From Ginkgo biloba (taxonomy: Eukaryota; Plantae; Ginkgophyta): a DNA stretch of 19,388 nucleotides. Every line of letters starts with the position of its first letter. The stretch's first letter is position 1. Below are positions 1 to 11,010 of this stretch, one piece after another. A program made the position numbers and the translations under genes. The notes below the pieces were generated by a model, which did no database searches, was not told where the DNA came from, and saw only the letters and a program-made list of their open reading frames with translations. The stretch lies in contig JANKJI020000002.1 of NCBI GenBank assembly GCA_024626585.2, forward strand, positions 249,421,847 through 249,441,234, in the 5' to 3' direction.

Positions 1-1199
1 GTGTTATCTGTGATGGAGATTAATGCAAATGAAAAATATTGAGGAAATGGGCATAGAGTAAATTATCCCACCAATGAAGGATGAAAATAGTATAGATAAT
101 AATGATGATAGTAATCTATTAAATAAACCAAGGGTAGAAGTTGATGGGTTTATGAAATATGGTATAGAGAAGTCTATGGAAGAGACTGAACTTTAAGAAA
201 TGGGCACTAAAGAAGATTAAGAGACAAAGGATGATGATGAGAAAGAATATGAGGGAGTATAAAAGAAAATTTATCTAGTGACAATGTCAAGTTAAAAGAG
301 GAGAGGAAAGCATGACCTATGAAACTTAGTGCTGAATTTTTTCGCTCTTCTCTGGAAATGTTTGATTATTTCTTCAAATTTATTCACCATTAACTAATTT
401 CTTTGAATGTCAATAAGTATGAGAACATGGTTTTTTGGGATTTACTTACTGAGGGTCATCATAAATTGTATAATAAATTTGGTCCTAGTTATACATATAA
501 AACAAATTAGATGTACATCCATCCACATCTAAATAAACATATTTCTTTAGTTTAATTATTTTTTATTCAATATGTAAAATACACATTACATCAATTAAAT
601 ATACATTGAATTTTTATACTTAACATTTTTGTATATGTACAAATAAGTGCTATTGCAATGCAAGTGCATCAATATTAATGATTGTGGGAGAGAAGAGGGT
701 GTGTCTTTAAGTTCAACAATAGATAAGGAGAAATTTATTAAGCAATGTTGAGGGTTCATTGAGATGATTACAAGAGTGAACCAAATTATATAGAAGAAAA
801 TGTATAATTTTAAAGTTGGGTGAGAGGAAATCACCTGTGGATTTCTGTGATCTTTTATGTTTATAAAGGTATTTTAAACTATTTTTTTTAATAGGAGGAG
901 GTAAGGAGAGGGCCGCCTATTCGTATTTGGAATAATTTTCATTACTATTCAATGTTGGAATAGTTTGGAAAAATGCTAGAAGTGTTACTTGTATACTATT
1001 TCATGCAAAAAAATCCACCCTCTTCTAGGAAGTAGCTTGAGAATGAAAATCAAATTTTCTCACCAAAAATCAAGTATCCAATACCCCACCCTTTCACTCC
1101 TCATCCCTCATATAGTTTAGAAAATGACCCCTTTCCCTCCATTTCTCTGATAGGTCCCCCCAATTCATTCCCCCTTAACCTCGCATTCATCAAGAGAAA

Positions 1200-1481
1200 G
1201 GATCAACCACCATTTCTAAAGGTTAGTTACTCAATCTCTAAATATGATATAGAGTTACTAAAGCATAATGCCCTAATTTCTAAGTTTTCCAAAATTTTAC
1301 CCACCCCCAAGGTTCTCCTCTCTTGTGTATATTCTAACCAATTTTCTCATGTTCAAGGAAAAATCAAACTCTCCTATGGGGGAGGATTTTTCTTAACTGT
1401 TTTCAATAATAGTGAAGACAAGGATTCCATTTTCAAAAAAGGCCCCTAGTTCTCAAGGTCCTCAGGGATCAAAATGAACTA
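1200..1481 (+). mobile_element. L1-clade LINE ORF1 remnant (DUF4283-like)
   Basis: Translation from 1261: KHNALISKFSKILPTPKVLLSCVYSNQFSHVQGKIKLSYGGGFFLTVFNNSEDKDSIFKKGP*F. This matches the plant LINE ORF1 pattern GFFLxxF...ED...GPWF, with TGG>TAG. It ends at a 100-N gap, and the 5' boundary is approximate. Confidence 0.8.
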
Positions 1482-1581
1482 NNNNNNNNNNNNNNNNNNN
1501 NNNNNNNNNNNNNNNNNNNNNNNNNNNNNNNNNNNNNNNNNNNNNNNNNNNNNNNNNNNNNNNNNNNNNNNNNNNNNNNNN

Positions 1582-3213
1582 AAAAATCCATACATAAAAA
1601 TTCAAATCTTATAAAATGGGATATAGTTTGCCTTCCCAAAATATAGGGAGGTTTGAGAATAAGAAATTCTTCAACAATGGCCTATGTTTTGGTGAATAAA
1701 ATCACTTGGAACTACTTAATTGATTTAAAAATACTTGTGGCCCAAACTCTCTTAAATAAGTATTGTGTTAGACACTCAACCAAATCTCTCCTTACATAAA
1801 TCATTCCACATGCTAAAGGATATATAATCTAAACATACTTATCAGAAGGACTACTTTAGTTAANNNNNNNNNNNNNNNNNNNNNNNNNNNNNNNNNNNNN
1901 NNNNNNNTCAACCATTCTTACATCACACTCCTTTGTCAAATTTAGCAGACTTAACAAACTTAATTGTCTACCTCAAATAGAGGGGGATAATCAAAGTCAA
2001 ACATCTAAGAATTAAACTACATCCTTCACTAGCCACCAAAGGTGGATCATTGGAACTGAACTAGATATTCTAGATCATTTTCAACAAGACTATGAATCTT
2101 TTTTACATAAACTCAATCAAAGAGCAGTGTTTATGACAATAGGTAAAGAATTCATATCCTGGGAACACAATGGAAAACTCATTAAATATATTATAAATTT
2201 TCCCTATGAGAACTTCTTATCTAAATGCAAAGCAATAGGATTAATAGAGGAATTCAAAAGAGATACAAGAATAATATGGACATCTGATGTGATTCCCAAA
2301 ATTAAACATTTCAACTAGATTTTATTCCATTATGCCATTTTGGTTCAGAAAACCTATTCAAAAGAGGATTCTTATTCACCCATAGATGCTACCTGTTTCA
2401 TCAATAAGAAGATACATACATCCACCTATTTCTATCATGCACATTCTCCCAACAAATCCAGAATCTCTACGCATAAACTTTTAAAATAGAGTTGGACAAT
2501 ATTGTAGAAGTCCAATCAATACACGACTTCCTTTTGAAATGGAACTCTCAACTTCCACTAAAAATCAAGTAAAATGGATAGATCAAGGATTTTATCAAGA
2601 TAACACTAATCACCACTCTTTAGAACCTGTGGCTAAATTAGAATAATAACTTCTTCAATGATTCTCTCCTTGATCCTTAGAGACTTTAGAAAAAGAAATA
2701 TTTTTCCTCTAAGGATCAATTGAAATCCATACTCAAGAATGAAATTCAATTTTAATATCTTCAATCATCCTTTCCATCAAAAACCCTATAGTAGTTCATC
2801 CAAGACTAACTCCATACCAAGAAGAGGAAAGAGTCCATCTAGAAACTTGACCCATTGATCCTAGATATAGTAAAAAGTTATTTATTCTTTGATGGAGCCT
2901 CAAAAGGGAACCTTGGTTAGTCTATATCAGGTGGTTTAATTCATCCTCAAGTTCATCATCCAACAAAAGTGTATAATTAGGTTCTAAGATTTACATCAAA
3001 CAATGTCATTGAGTTTAAAGGTTTGATAAGAGGTATAGAAATAACTCTATCTCTCTCTATGATAGAAATATCGATTTTAGGAGATTTGATGCTTATCACA
3101 AACATCCTCAATTCCACTTGGAATCCTAAACACAATAATATATGTGATCTCACAGAGAAGGAAAGTTGGTTTTTTTCTCAGTTAAATAATTAGTCCATCA
3201 ATTAGATACTTAG
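1582..3213 (+). mobile_element. L1-clade LINE ORF2 C-terminal remnant (post-RT region, zf-RVT, RNase H), copy 1
   Basis: LIKWDIVCLPKI*GGLRIR at ~1608-1665 (WxxVCxPKxxGGLGIR motif). IWTSDVIPKIKHFN* then, frameshifted, ENLFKRGFLFTHRCYLFHQ*EDTYIHLFLSCTFSQQI (zf-RVT, ~2275-2460). FDGASKGNLG at 2888, then NNVIEFKGLIRGI and ILGD (RNase H). Many stops and frameshifts. Confidence 0.9.
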
Positions 3214-3313
3214 NNNNNNNNNNNNNNNNNNNNNNNNNNNNNNNNNNNNNNNNNNNNNNNNNNNNNNNNNNNNNNNNNNNNNNNNNNNNNNNNNNNNNNN
3301 NNNNNNNNNNNNN

Positions 3314-4150
3314 TGCACATTCTTCCAAAAGATATGGAATATCTATGCAAAATATTTTGAAATGAAGTTAGATGATATTTTAGATGCCCAATAAATACAA
3401 AACTTCCTCTTGAAATGGACCTCTTAACTTTCATCAGAAATCAAGAAAAATGCACAGACCAAGCCATTAAGAAAGATAATTTTAATTGCCACTCTTTGGA
3501 ACCTAGGGCTAAACTAAAATAATAGTTACTTTAATGATTCTCTCCTTGATCCTCAAAGACTTTGGCATAAAATTTCTTTATCCTCTAAGAAGCAGTTCAA
3601 ATCCATCCTCAAGAATGAGAATCAACTTTAATCTCTTTAATCAGTCTTGACAACAAAAACCCTCCAGTAGTTCATCCAGCACTAGCTCCATATTAAGAAG
3701 AGGAAATATTCCATCAAGAAACTAGTCCCATTAATCCTACATTCACTCAAAAATTACTTATTCTTTGATGGATCATTAAAAGAGAAAATTTATCAATCTA
3801 GATCTGGTGGTTTTATTCATCCTTAAACACATCATCCAATAATAGTATATAGTAAAGGCTTTGGATTCACATACAATAATGTTGTTGACTTTAAAGGCCT
3901 GATCAGAGGTATAAAAATATCTTTATCTCTCTCTCTAACAGATAATCTCTATCTTGGGAGACTCATTATTGGTTAGAAACATCCTCAATTCCATATGGAA
4001 TCCTATATATAAACATATTTGAGATCTCGTATAAGAGGCAAATTAACTTTTGTCTTAGTTTAATAGTTGGAAAATCAATCAAATCCCTAGGAAGTTAAAC
4101 TATCTAGTAGATAGTCAGGAAAATAATAGAGTGACTCTAAAGTATGGATA
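3314..4150 (+). mobile_element. Second, diverged copy of the same LINE 3' segment (end of zf-RVT through RNase H)
   Basis: 3314-4089 is colinear with 2438-3213 (offset ~876), sharing e.g. ccactcttt.gaacct, aatgattctctccttgatcct, ttattctttgatgga and aaacatcctcaattcca. Peptides: CTFFQKIW, FFDGSLK, LGDSLLV, and IPRKLNYLVDS (RNase H C-terminal RxxNxxAD motif). Confidence 0.88.
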
Positions 4151-4159
4151 GTTAAAAAT

Positions 4160-4875
4160 TTAGTGAGAAGACCTTGAAATATAAGGAGAAAAGGATACTT
4201 CATAAGGAATTCATAGATTATTGGTCGATAGGGACCTTTTCCAGCAGGGACTTTTATCAACAAAGAAATTTGTCAATAGTGACCTTGGGTGAAAGGATTA
4301 TCATAGTTCCCTAAATTCTCAATTAATCTCAATCTCTAATTTGAAGAAAGGTCCATCTTCTTATTGAATCTAAGGTATTTATTAACTATAACCCTTGGCT
4401 CATGTATGAAGAGTTGACTCTTGAGTGATTAGACCCTAAAATCTGTGGATGAAAAGAACCTTCAAAGGGATTCTTAGATTATTTGTCGATAAGGAGATTT
4501 ACTGGTAGGGACCTTAGGAGATAGGTTTATCATTATCCTTAAATATTTTGTTGAGAGGCCCATTAAGAAAAAAAAATATTAATTTTCAATAGGGATTCAA
4601 TTATTCTTAAGTGTTTAAGGGATTCATAGATTGTTTGTTGACAACAACCTTTGTCGACAATGACCTTAGGAGAAAGGATTTTCATCATTTTTCGATAGTC
4701 TATCAAGAGGCCTAATGTGTTTAAGGGATTATTTAATTATTTATCAATAGGGAACTTTTTTGGAAGGGACCTAGGTCAGTAGGGACCTTTGTCAGCATTG
4801 ATGTTCATCGACACGAACCTTTGTTAGTAGATTCCTTCATCGATAAGTACCTTGGTAGAAAGGAGTCTCATTGTT
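4160..4875. repeat. Hierarchical degenerate minisatellite (16-bp subunits nested in larger units)
   Basis: Units start with aagggattc(a/t)tagatt-like heads at 4204, 4465, 4617 and 4723. They contain about 4, 2, 2 and 7 copies of a subunit like gtcgatagggaccttt and end in an (a/g)gagaaaggatt.tcat-like tail. Confidence 0.75.
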
Positions 4876-5045
4876 TGCCAACAATCTCTTTCGAGACACA
4901 TTAATATGGTTTTTTGATAGGGATTCAAGTATTCAAGAGTGTAATNNNNNNNNNNNNNNNNNNNNNNNNNNNNNNNNNNNNNNNNNNNNNNNNNNNNNNN
5001 NNNNNNNNNNNNNNNNNNNNNNNNNNNNNNNNNNNNNNNNNNNNN

Positions 5046-5265
5046 CACTCAAGGTGATGATGTTGGGTTTGAAAGTTTACTAATACTTGCAGGTTTTGGT
5101 ATAATGACAAACTCTAACATGGTAGCAGAGCCTTGACCTAGGTTCGATTCCCCCGAGTTACGTTAGAGGGGTGGTGTTGGACTAACCGCCACACCTCTGG
5201 GAATCGATTTCGTGGACTAACTACCACCCTGGGAACTTGGGACTAACCACCCGCTCAAGGTGATG
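5046..5265 (+). mobile_element. TRIM-like non-autonomous LTR retroelement (partial 5' LTR, PBS, ~55-bp internal region, PPT, truncated 3' LTR)
   Basis: The LTR ends ...ctctaaca at 5119. PBS tggtagcagagcc at 5120-5132 is one mismatch from the tRNA-iMet PBS TGGTATCAGAGCC. PPT agaggggtgg at 5165-5174. The second LTR starts tgttgg at 5175 and shares ctcaaggtgatg with the first LTR. Confidence 0.85.
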
Positions 5266-5414
5266 TGTTGGGTTTTTCGTTACACCAAAACTCGTAGGTT
5301 TTAGTAAACTTCCAAACCCATCATAACACCTTGAGTGGACAATTAGTCCCAGGTTCCCAGGGTGGAAGTTAGTCCACGAAATTGATTCCCAGAGATGCGA
5401 CGGTTAGTGCAACA
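5266..5414 (-). mobile_element. Complete ~149-bp LTR of the same TRIM family, in inverted orientation
   Basis: The reverse complement reads tgttgcactaaccgtcgcatctctgggaatcaatttcgtggactaac...ctcaaggtgttatgatgggtttggaagtttactaaaacctacgagttttggtgtaacgaaaaacccaaca. It has TGTTG...CAACA ends and matches 5175-5265 followed by 5046-5119. Confidence 0.88.
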
Positions 5415-5901
5415 GATATCTCTCAGTTGAGTCCAAGAGATAACCATTCTACATTCACCACTGTGAAGGGGAGTTATGGATACACAGATGCAGAGTACTT
5501 AGAATTAGGCAAAGTGTCATTGCAGAGTGATGTGTATAGCTTTGGTATGTTGCTTCTAGAGCTCATCACAGGCCTGAAGTATGTGCAAGGCATTTTCCCT
5601 TTACCTGAGTAGAGTGCAACATTTTGCCTTAGTGAAAACAGGAAGATGGTGATGATAATTATTAATAAAAAACTTGAAAACCAAGTTGATTTGAAAGAAT
5701 TGGAGATCATGATCAAAATAGCTAATATATGTGTATTAGAAAAAGGGGAACTTTGATTGTCTATGAGACATATAAACCACTAAACGATGCATCCTTCCAC
5801 CAAGTGGGAATGATGGAGGACAAAATCACAATGCAAATGCATCACATCATCGGGGAACACTGAGTAGTGAATCAATCTTAGTCATGCATCATGGGAATTG
5901 A
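5415..5901 (+). pseudogene. Receptor-like (RLK/Pelle) kinase pseudogene, subdomains VII-XI plus C-terminal tail
   Basis: [55 protein letters not shown]...LPE*...DLKELEIMIKIANICVLEKGEL*LSMR. It has a TAG where a Trp is expected, RPSM>*LSM, and an 11-nt frameshifting deletion relative to the 8871 copy. It is cut at the expected DFG position by the TRIM LTR. Confidence 0.92.
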
Positions 5902-6321
5902 GAACACAAAGTAAATAAGTGATTTCAATCAATAATCAAATTTACAGACTTCAATGTCCTTCACAAGCCAATTTCCTCGTCATAGAAGGGCTGTAAATTT
6001 TTTTCACTTCAAATGAAATGATGCAATAAGATATATTAATGAATAAAATGTCAAGGTTTATAGTTTGATTNNNNNNNNNNNNNNNNNNNNNNNNNNNNNN
6101 GAAGGGAGGAAAGGATTATTAGTAACATTTCATTTGACAATGTGCATTGCTTATAACAATTTATGTGGAAACTAGACCCTATTTGTCAAATTTGATCTGT
6201 GATTTTAATAATGTTTCATTTATGTTGCGTTATGGTTTCAATTATTTTGAGAAAAAATATTCTTTCGTTCTATTGCTTCTTGTTGTACAAATTTATGCGT
6301 CCTTCAATCCACTTTATTTTT
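5690..6321 (+). repeat. Duplicated segment (kinase C-terminus plus 3' UTR-like sequence), paralogous to 8871-9480
   Basis: Shared blocks include tttgaaagaattggagatca, gacttcaatgtccttcaca, ggaaaggattatta.taacatttcatttgacaat, tgtcaaatttgatctgtgattt and ttatgttgcgttatgg. Confidence 0.92.
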
Positions 6322-6808
6322 NNNNNNNNNNNNNNNNNNNNNNNNNNNNNNNNNNNNNNNNNNNNNNNNNNNNNNNNNNNNNNNNNNNNNNNNNNNNNNN
6401 NNNNNNNNNNNNNNNNNNNNNATGTTATAATGTAGGTGTAATTGCCCAAATTTTATTACATTATATGTTGAATATAAAATACAAACGGGGTATAAATAAT
6501 TGTTATATTTTATTTTATATATAATTATATATTATAGAAAATAGAATTAAAAATACTTAGGGTTAGAAAATAAGGGGTGAAAAATAAGGTTACAATCTTG
6601 TATAGGGGAATTATTTATTGGGTCTATCACACAAGCATTTTGAGAAAGTATAACTAAGTGACCCCCTAGGACATTGATAAATAGGATCATTCTCTTTATT
6701 TTTGTCCATATAGAATCCTTAACGCATGTAGGCATAGCCTAGCTCTACGTTGAACTTCAAAAATTTGAGTTTTATCTTTTGGCACACTTTAAGAACAGAT
6801 CACAAATG

Positions 6809-6943
6809 GATAAGGAAAGGTGCACAAAAGGTAGGAAAAGGTGTAAAATAGATAGAGAAAGGCATAGTATGGATAGGGAAAGGCATGATGTAGATAGGAA
6901 AAGGCACTACATACTTTGGAGAAGGTGCATCATCCTATAAAAT
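6809..6943 (+). repeat. 21-bp tandem repeat (~6 copies) followed by a TATA-like box, resembling an LTR U3 promoter
   Basis: gatag(g/a)(a/g)aaagg-like units at 6809, 6830, 6851, 6872, 6893 and 6914 (the last degenerate), then CTATAAAAT at 6935-6943. The LTR assignment is inference. Confidence 0.7.
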
Positions 6944-8871
6944 CCATCCCAAAGACATTTTTTTCCTAGTTTCTTAATCTTTTTAGTGACATCTTAAATC
7001 CATCCATCTCCTGCTACCTACACCTAGTATCCAAAATCTATAAATATTTATCTTATAGACTTTAGAGTTCCATTTTGAGTGTATCCAAAGAATCAAAGAC
7101 TTTTGGTTGCTCTCCTCTAGAATGGTGTTGAGTGATCCTTCACTCTAGAACACATCGGGCCAAAATGCATTTTGAGATCATAATGTTATGGAAAGACTAG
7201 ATATTAAATTAAAATTACATATTCTTTTGTAATTACCTAAGGAATTTGGTTAGTTAAATTTAAAAATCTTAAAAACCAAAAGTTGTACATATAAGGTTAA
7301 ATAAGCATTATATGTAATGACCCTAATAGAAGATCGATAAAGACCAAGTGGAAGGATAAGCTTGTAGCACCATGTATAAGCCTTGGAGACCTATGCTTTG
7401 AGGACAAAGCATGTTAAGAGGGNNNNNNNNNNNNNNNNNNNNNNNNNNNNNNNNNNNNNNNNNNNNNNNNNNNNNNNNNNNNNNNNNNNNNNNNNNNNNN
7501 NNNNNNNNNNNNNNNNNNNNNNNNNNNNNNNNNNNNNNNNNNNNNNNNNNNNNNNNNNNNNNNNNCTTTATGCAACTAGAGATAGATATTTAATGCTTAG
7601 AGATCTAATATTTTTTTCTCTAAAAATTAAGACTTAATAACAGTTATAATTTTTGTAAACTATATACTCATACTAAACAATCTCAATTACAGATCAAGAG
7701 GTGTCTTTAAAGAAGGTTTTAAAAAGTATGATACAGATGGAAAGATAAAAAAGTAATGCATAAGAGGGAATAAATATATATAAGGTTAGTGTCCCTTTAT
7801 TATTCTTGGCTTAAGGCCTTCAATTTTGTAAATTTAGTAATCCACCATAGTATACAAGTGAATTATTTTAGCAACACTAGAAGGACAAGAAGACATTTTA
7901 TTTTCTTTTTTTTTTTAATTTCCAACATTTTGATTAATGTACTTAATGGGGTTTACTATGTTATTTTCTATACATAGGTAGTATAAATGATATATGTATT
8001 ACAACTCATATGAAAGATGGATTTTGTTGCTTTCTTTGTTATCTAAGTGAGTGCAAGAATTTTTCAACCAAACTTAAATGGGGCTTACCAATTATTACAG
8101 AGGGAATTTTAAGCATTTTAATACTAGTGAATGGTTTATCAATTAGCTATTATTATTCTCAAAAAATTTCCGATACAAATATTTGGAGACTAGAGACTAT
8201 GTATTTAGTGGTATCTAGTTAGACTTTTAGATTTATTCTAATGTAATAGTTTTTTAAAATAAGTGATAAGTTTTATATGGGACTAAATGCTTTTTAAGAA
8301 GCATTAGAAAGTGTTGTAAAAGTAAGGATGAATTTTGTATTTGTAGCCTACAATAAGATGAAAGAGGTTAAGGTTAATGTCGATGAGGGTTATATTGCAC
8401 TTTGGGTACAAATGAAGGGCAATTGGTGTAGACTTTAAGACTTTTGATTATTGAACCTTTTTTTTGTTTCTATTTTTTAATTTAATCTATAATCAATTTA
8501 GATATATACATTGATATGAAAATAGAAGGATCTAATTAATTTGTTATAAGAGGCCTAATTAAATCCTTAAAAGAGTCCTTAATTTAAATTAAAAGTATTA
8601 AAACTCTTAAATAATATTTGTTAGATTAAATTATAAAAAGTGGACTAAATAAATATATAGTTAGACTAGACATCATGATAAATGAAATGGGTAGTGGCAA
8701 CCTAAAATGAGAATAATTTATAAAGGAACAAAATTAAGATATTGTGTATGATATTGGTTTTAGGAAACTTNNNNNNNNNNNNNNNNNNNNNNNNNNNNNN
8801 NNNNNNNNNNNNNNNNNNNNNNNNNNNNNNNNNNNNNNNNNNNNNNNNNNNNNNNNNNNNNNNNNNNNNNT

Positions 8872-9093
8872 TTGAAAGAATTGGAGATCACGATCAAAAT
8901 AGTTAATCTTTGCGTATTAGAAAAAGGGAAACTTCGACCGTCTATGAGACAAATAGTAAATATGAAGACCACTAAACGATTCATCCTTCGACCGAGTAAT
9001 AATGATGGAGGACGAAATCTCAATGAAAATGTATCACATGGTGGGGGCACACTGAGGAGTGAATCGATCTCATTTATGCATCATGGAAGTTGA
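8872..9093 (+). CDS. Partial (5'-truncated by gap) receptor-like kinase C-terminus, copy 2
   Basis: Open frame LKELEITIKIVNLCVLEKGKLRPSMRQIVNM...HHGS* with an intact subdomain XI C...RPSM motif. It is paralogous to 5690-5901. The upstream part is hidden by the 100-N gap, so its functional status is unknown. Confidence 0.7.
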   Translation: MKELEITIKIVNLCVLEKGKLRPSMRQIVNMKTTKRFILRPSNNDGGRNLNENVSHGGGTLRSESISFMHHGS

Positions 9094-9620
9094 AAAGACA
9101 AAGGAAATAAGTGATATCCATCAATGATCAAATTTAAAGACTTCAATGTCCTTCACAGGCCGGTTTCCTCATCATTCAAGGGCTGAAAATGTTTTGCGTT
9201 TAAAGGCAAGAAGATTTTTATATAAGTTTGATTATTATTCATCTCTAATTGGTAGTTTGAAGAGAGGAAAGGATTATTAATAACATTTCATTTGACAATT
9301 TGCATTACAAATAGTATTTTATGCGGAAAGCGGATCCACTTGTCAAATTTGATCTGTGATTTCAATGATGTTTCGTTTATGTTGCGTTATGGGTTGAATT
9401 ATTTTCAGGAAAAATGTTTTGTTTGTTTTATTGCTTCTTCCTGTACAAATTTACGCATCATTCAATCCACTTTGTTTTGTTTTTGCCATCGACACTATAT
9501 TTTTGGAAAGCATAGATTTCACTCCCTTAAATTTTAAGTCCAAATTTATCTGTTGTTTAATAGATTCAAAAATTAAAAGAATGATAAATTAGACACAATT
9601 GAAAAATTGAGGGTTGTCGC

Positions 9621-9641
9621 ATGTATGTATATATATATATA
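9621..9641. repeat. (ATGT)2/(TA)n microsatellite
   Basis: atgtatgtatatatatatata. Confidence 0.8.
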
Positions 9642-10151
9642 ATCAAGTCAGGTATGAGGTACGAGGATTAGTGTTAATCTTAGTTTGTAATTGGTTTAAT
9701 TTTTTATGATTTTTATTTTATTAGAATTTTAAAATATGAAATAAAGATAATTAAGAAATTAGAATATACTAGTTTCTAAACACTTATAAAGAGCGAAAAA
9801 CAAATTACCAATCATAGTATAAGCCTATAAAACCTTGAAACCTATAGAATGTTTTACAACTCTAAAACAATACTAGCAAATGTGAGGCCCAATTTCTTGG
9901 GTCTCAATCCAAATTTCGGATATACAAATATAGAAACTCAAAATAATAGATATGCCCAACTAAGTTTTGGGACAATAGTGGTGTACATATCTTGCCTACC
10001 ATGGCAAAGCCATATGATCCTAATCAACTAAATATATAAGAACATTCTATTTCCATACTCTGGCAATCTCAAATATATTTGATCTATTCCTAAGTTTTAA
10101 AATTCTTGTTGTGACTACCAACTCCCTGCATGCCAATTTTTTAATGTCATT

Positions 10152-10247
10152 GTTGGTGAGCTCCTATCTATTATCAGTCTACTTTATCATCTATCGACGT
10201 TGGTGTGTTCCTATCACAGTTGTTAGTCTACTCTATCATCTTTCGAT
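10152..10247. repeat. Two-copy ~48-bp imperfect tandem repeat next to a 595-N gap
   Basis: gttggtgagctcctatc..agtctactttatcatctatcgac, then gttggtgtgttcctatc..agtctactctatcatctttcgat. Confidence 0.7.
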
Positions 10248-11010
10248 AACCTCTTCTATGTGTTAGTTTATCCTATTAGTGTCGGNNNNNNNNNNNNNNN
10301 NNNNNNNNNNNNNNNNNNNNNNNNNNNNNNNNNNNNNNNNNNNNNNNNNNNNNNNNNNNNNNNNNNNNNNNNNNNNNNNNNNNNNNNNNNNNNNNNNNNN
10401 NNNNNNNNNNNNNNNNNNNNNNNNNNNNNNNNNNNNNNNNNNNNNNNNNNNNNNNNNNNNNNNNNNNNNNNNNNNNNNNNNNNNNNNNNNNNNNNNNNNN
10501 NNNNNNNNNNNNNNNNNNNNNNNNNNNNNNNNNNNNNNNNNNNNNNNNNNNNNNNNNNNNNNNNNNNNNNNNNNNNNNNNNNNNNNNNNNNNNNNNNNNN
10601 NNNNNNNNNNNNNNNNNNNNNNNNNNNNNNNNNNNNNNNNNNNNNNNNNNNNNNNNNNNNNNNNNNNNNNNNNNNNNNNNNNNNNNNNNNNNNNNNNNNN
10701 NNNNNNNNNNNNNNNNNNNNNNNNNNNNNNNNNNNNNNNNNNNNNNNNNNNNNNNNNNNNNNNNNNNNNNNNNNNNNNNNNNNNNNNNNNNNNNNNNNNN
10801 NNNNNNNNNNNNNNNNNNNNNNNNNNNNNNNNNNNNNNNNNNNNNNNNNNNNNNNNNNNNNNNNNNNNNNNNNNNNNNNACATAGATTACACAAATTTAA
10901 ATTTATTTTTTCTTTTATTTTGTTGAAATGAGACTATTATATCACTAAAAATTACAAACAAGATATACATAGAAGTTAAGGAAGGTCTTTAAAGAATAAA
11001 ATTGACCCTT

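Noticed and set aside
4160-4875. CRISPR-like repeat-spacer array (also considered for 11403-11580)
   Set aside because: The repeats are degenerate and adjacent, spacers are not unique or uniform, the context is eukaryotic and there are no cas genes.
5120-5160. tRNA gene or SINE suggested by GGTTCGATTCC
   Set aside because: No cloverleaf or poly-T/A tail. It sits between the PBS and PPT of an LTR element.
5175-5414. Cassandra (5S-bearing) TRIM
   Set aside because: No 5S box A/C sequence (AGTTAAGC...AGGATGGGTGACC) in the LTR, only a short cctgggaa coincidence.
6147-6321. Similar ORFs at 6147-6524 and 9292-9537 as a conserved small protein
   Set aside because: They have non-ATG starts and differing frames, and their similarity simply reflects the duplicated RLK 3' UTR.
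10260-10931. Long ORFs of 206-223 aa, and other X-rich ORFs in the track
   Set aside because: Artefacts of translating N gaps.
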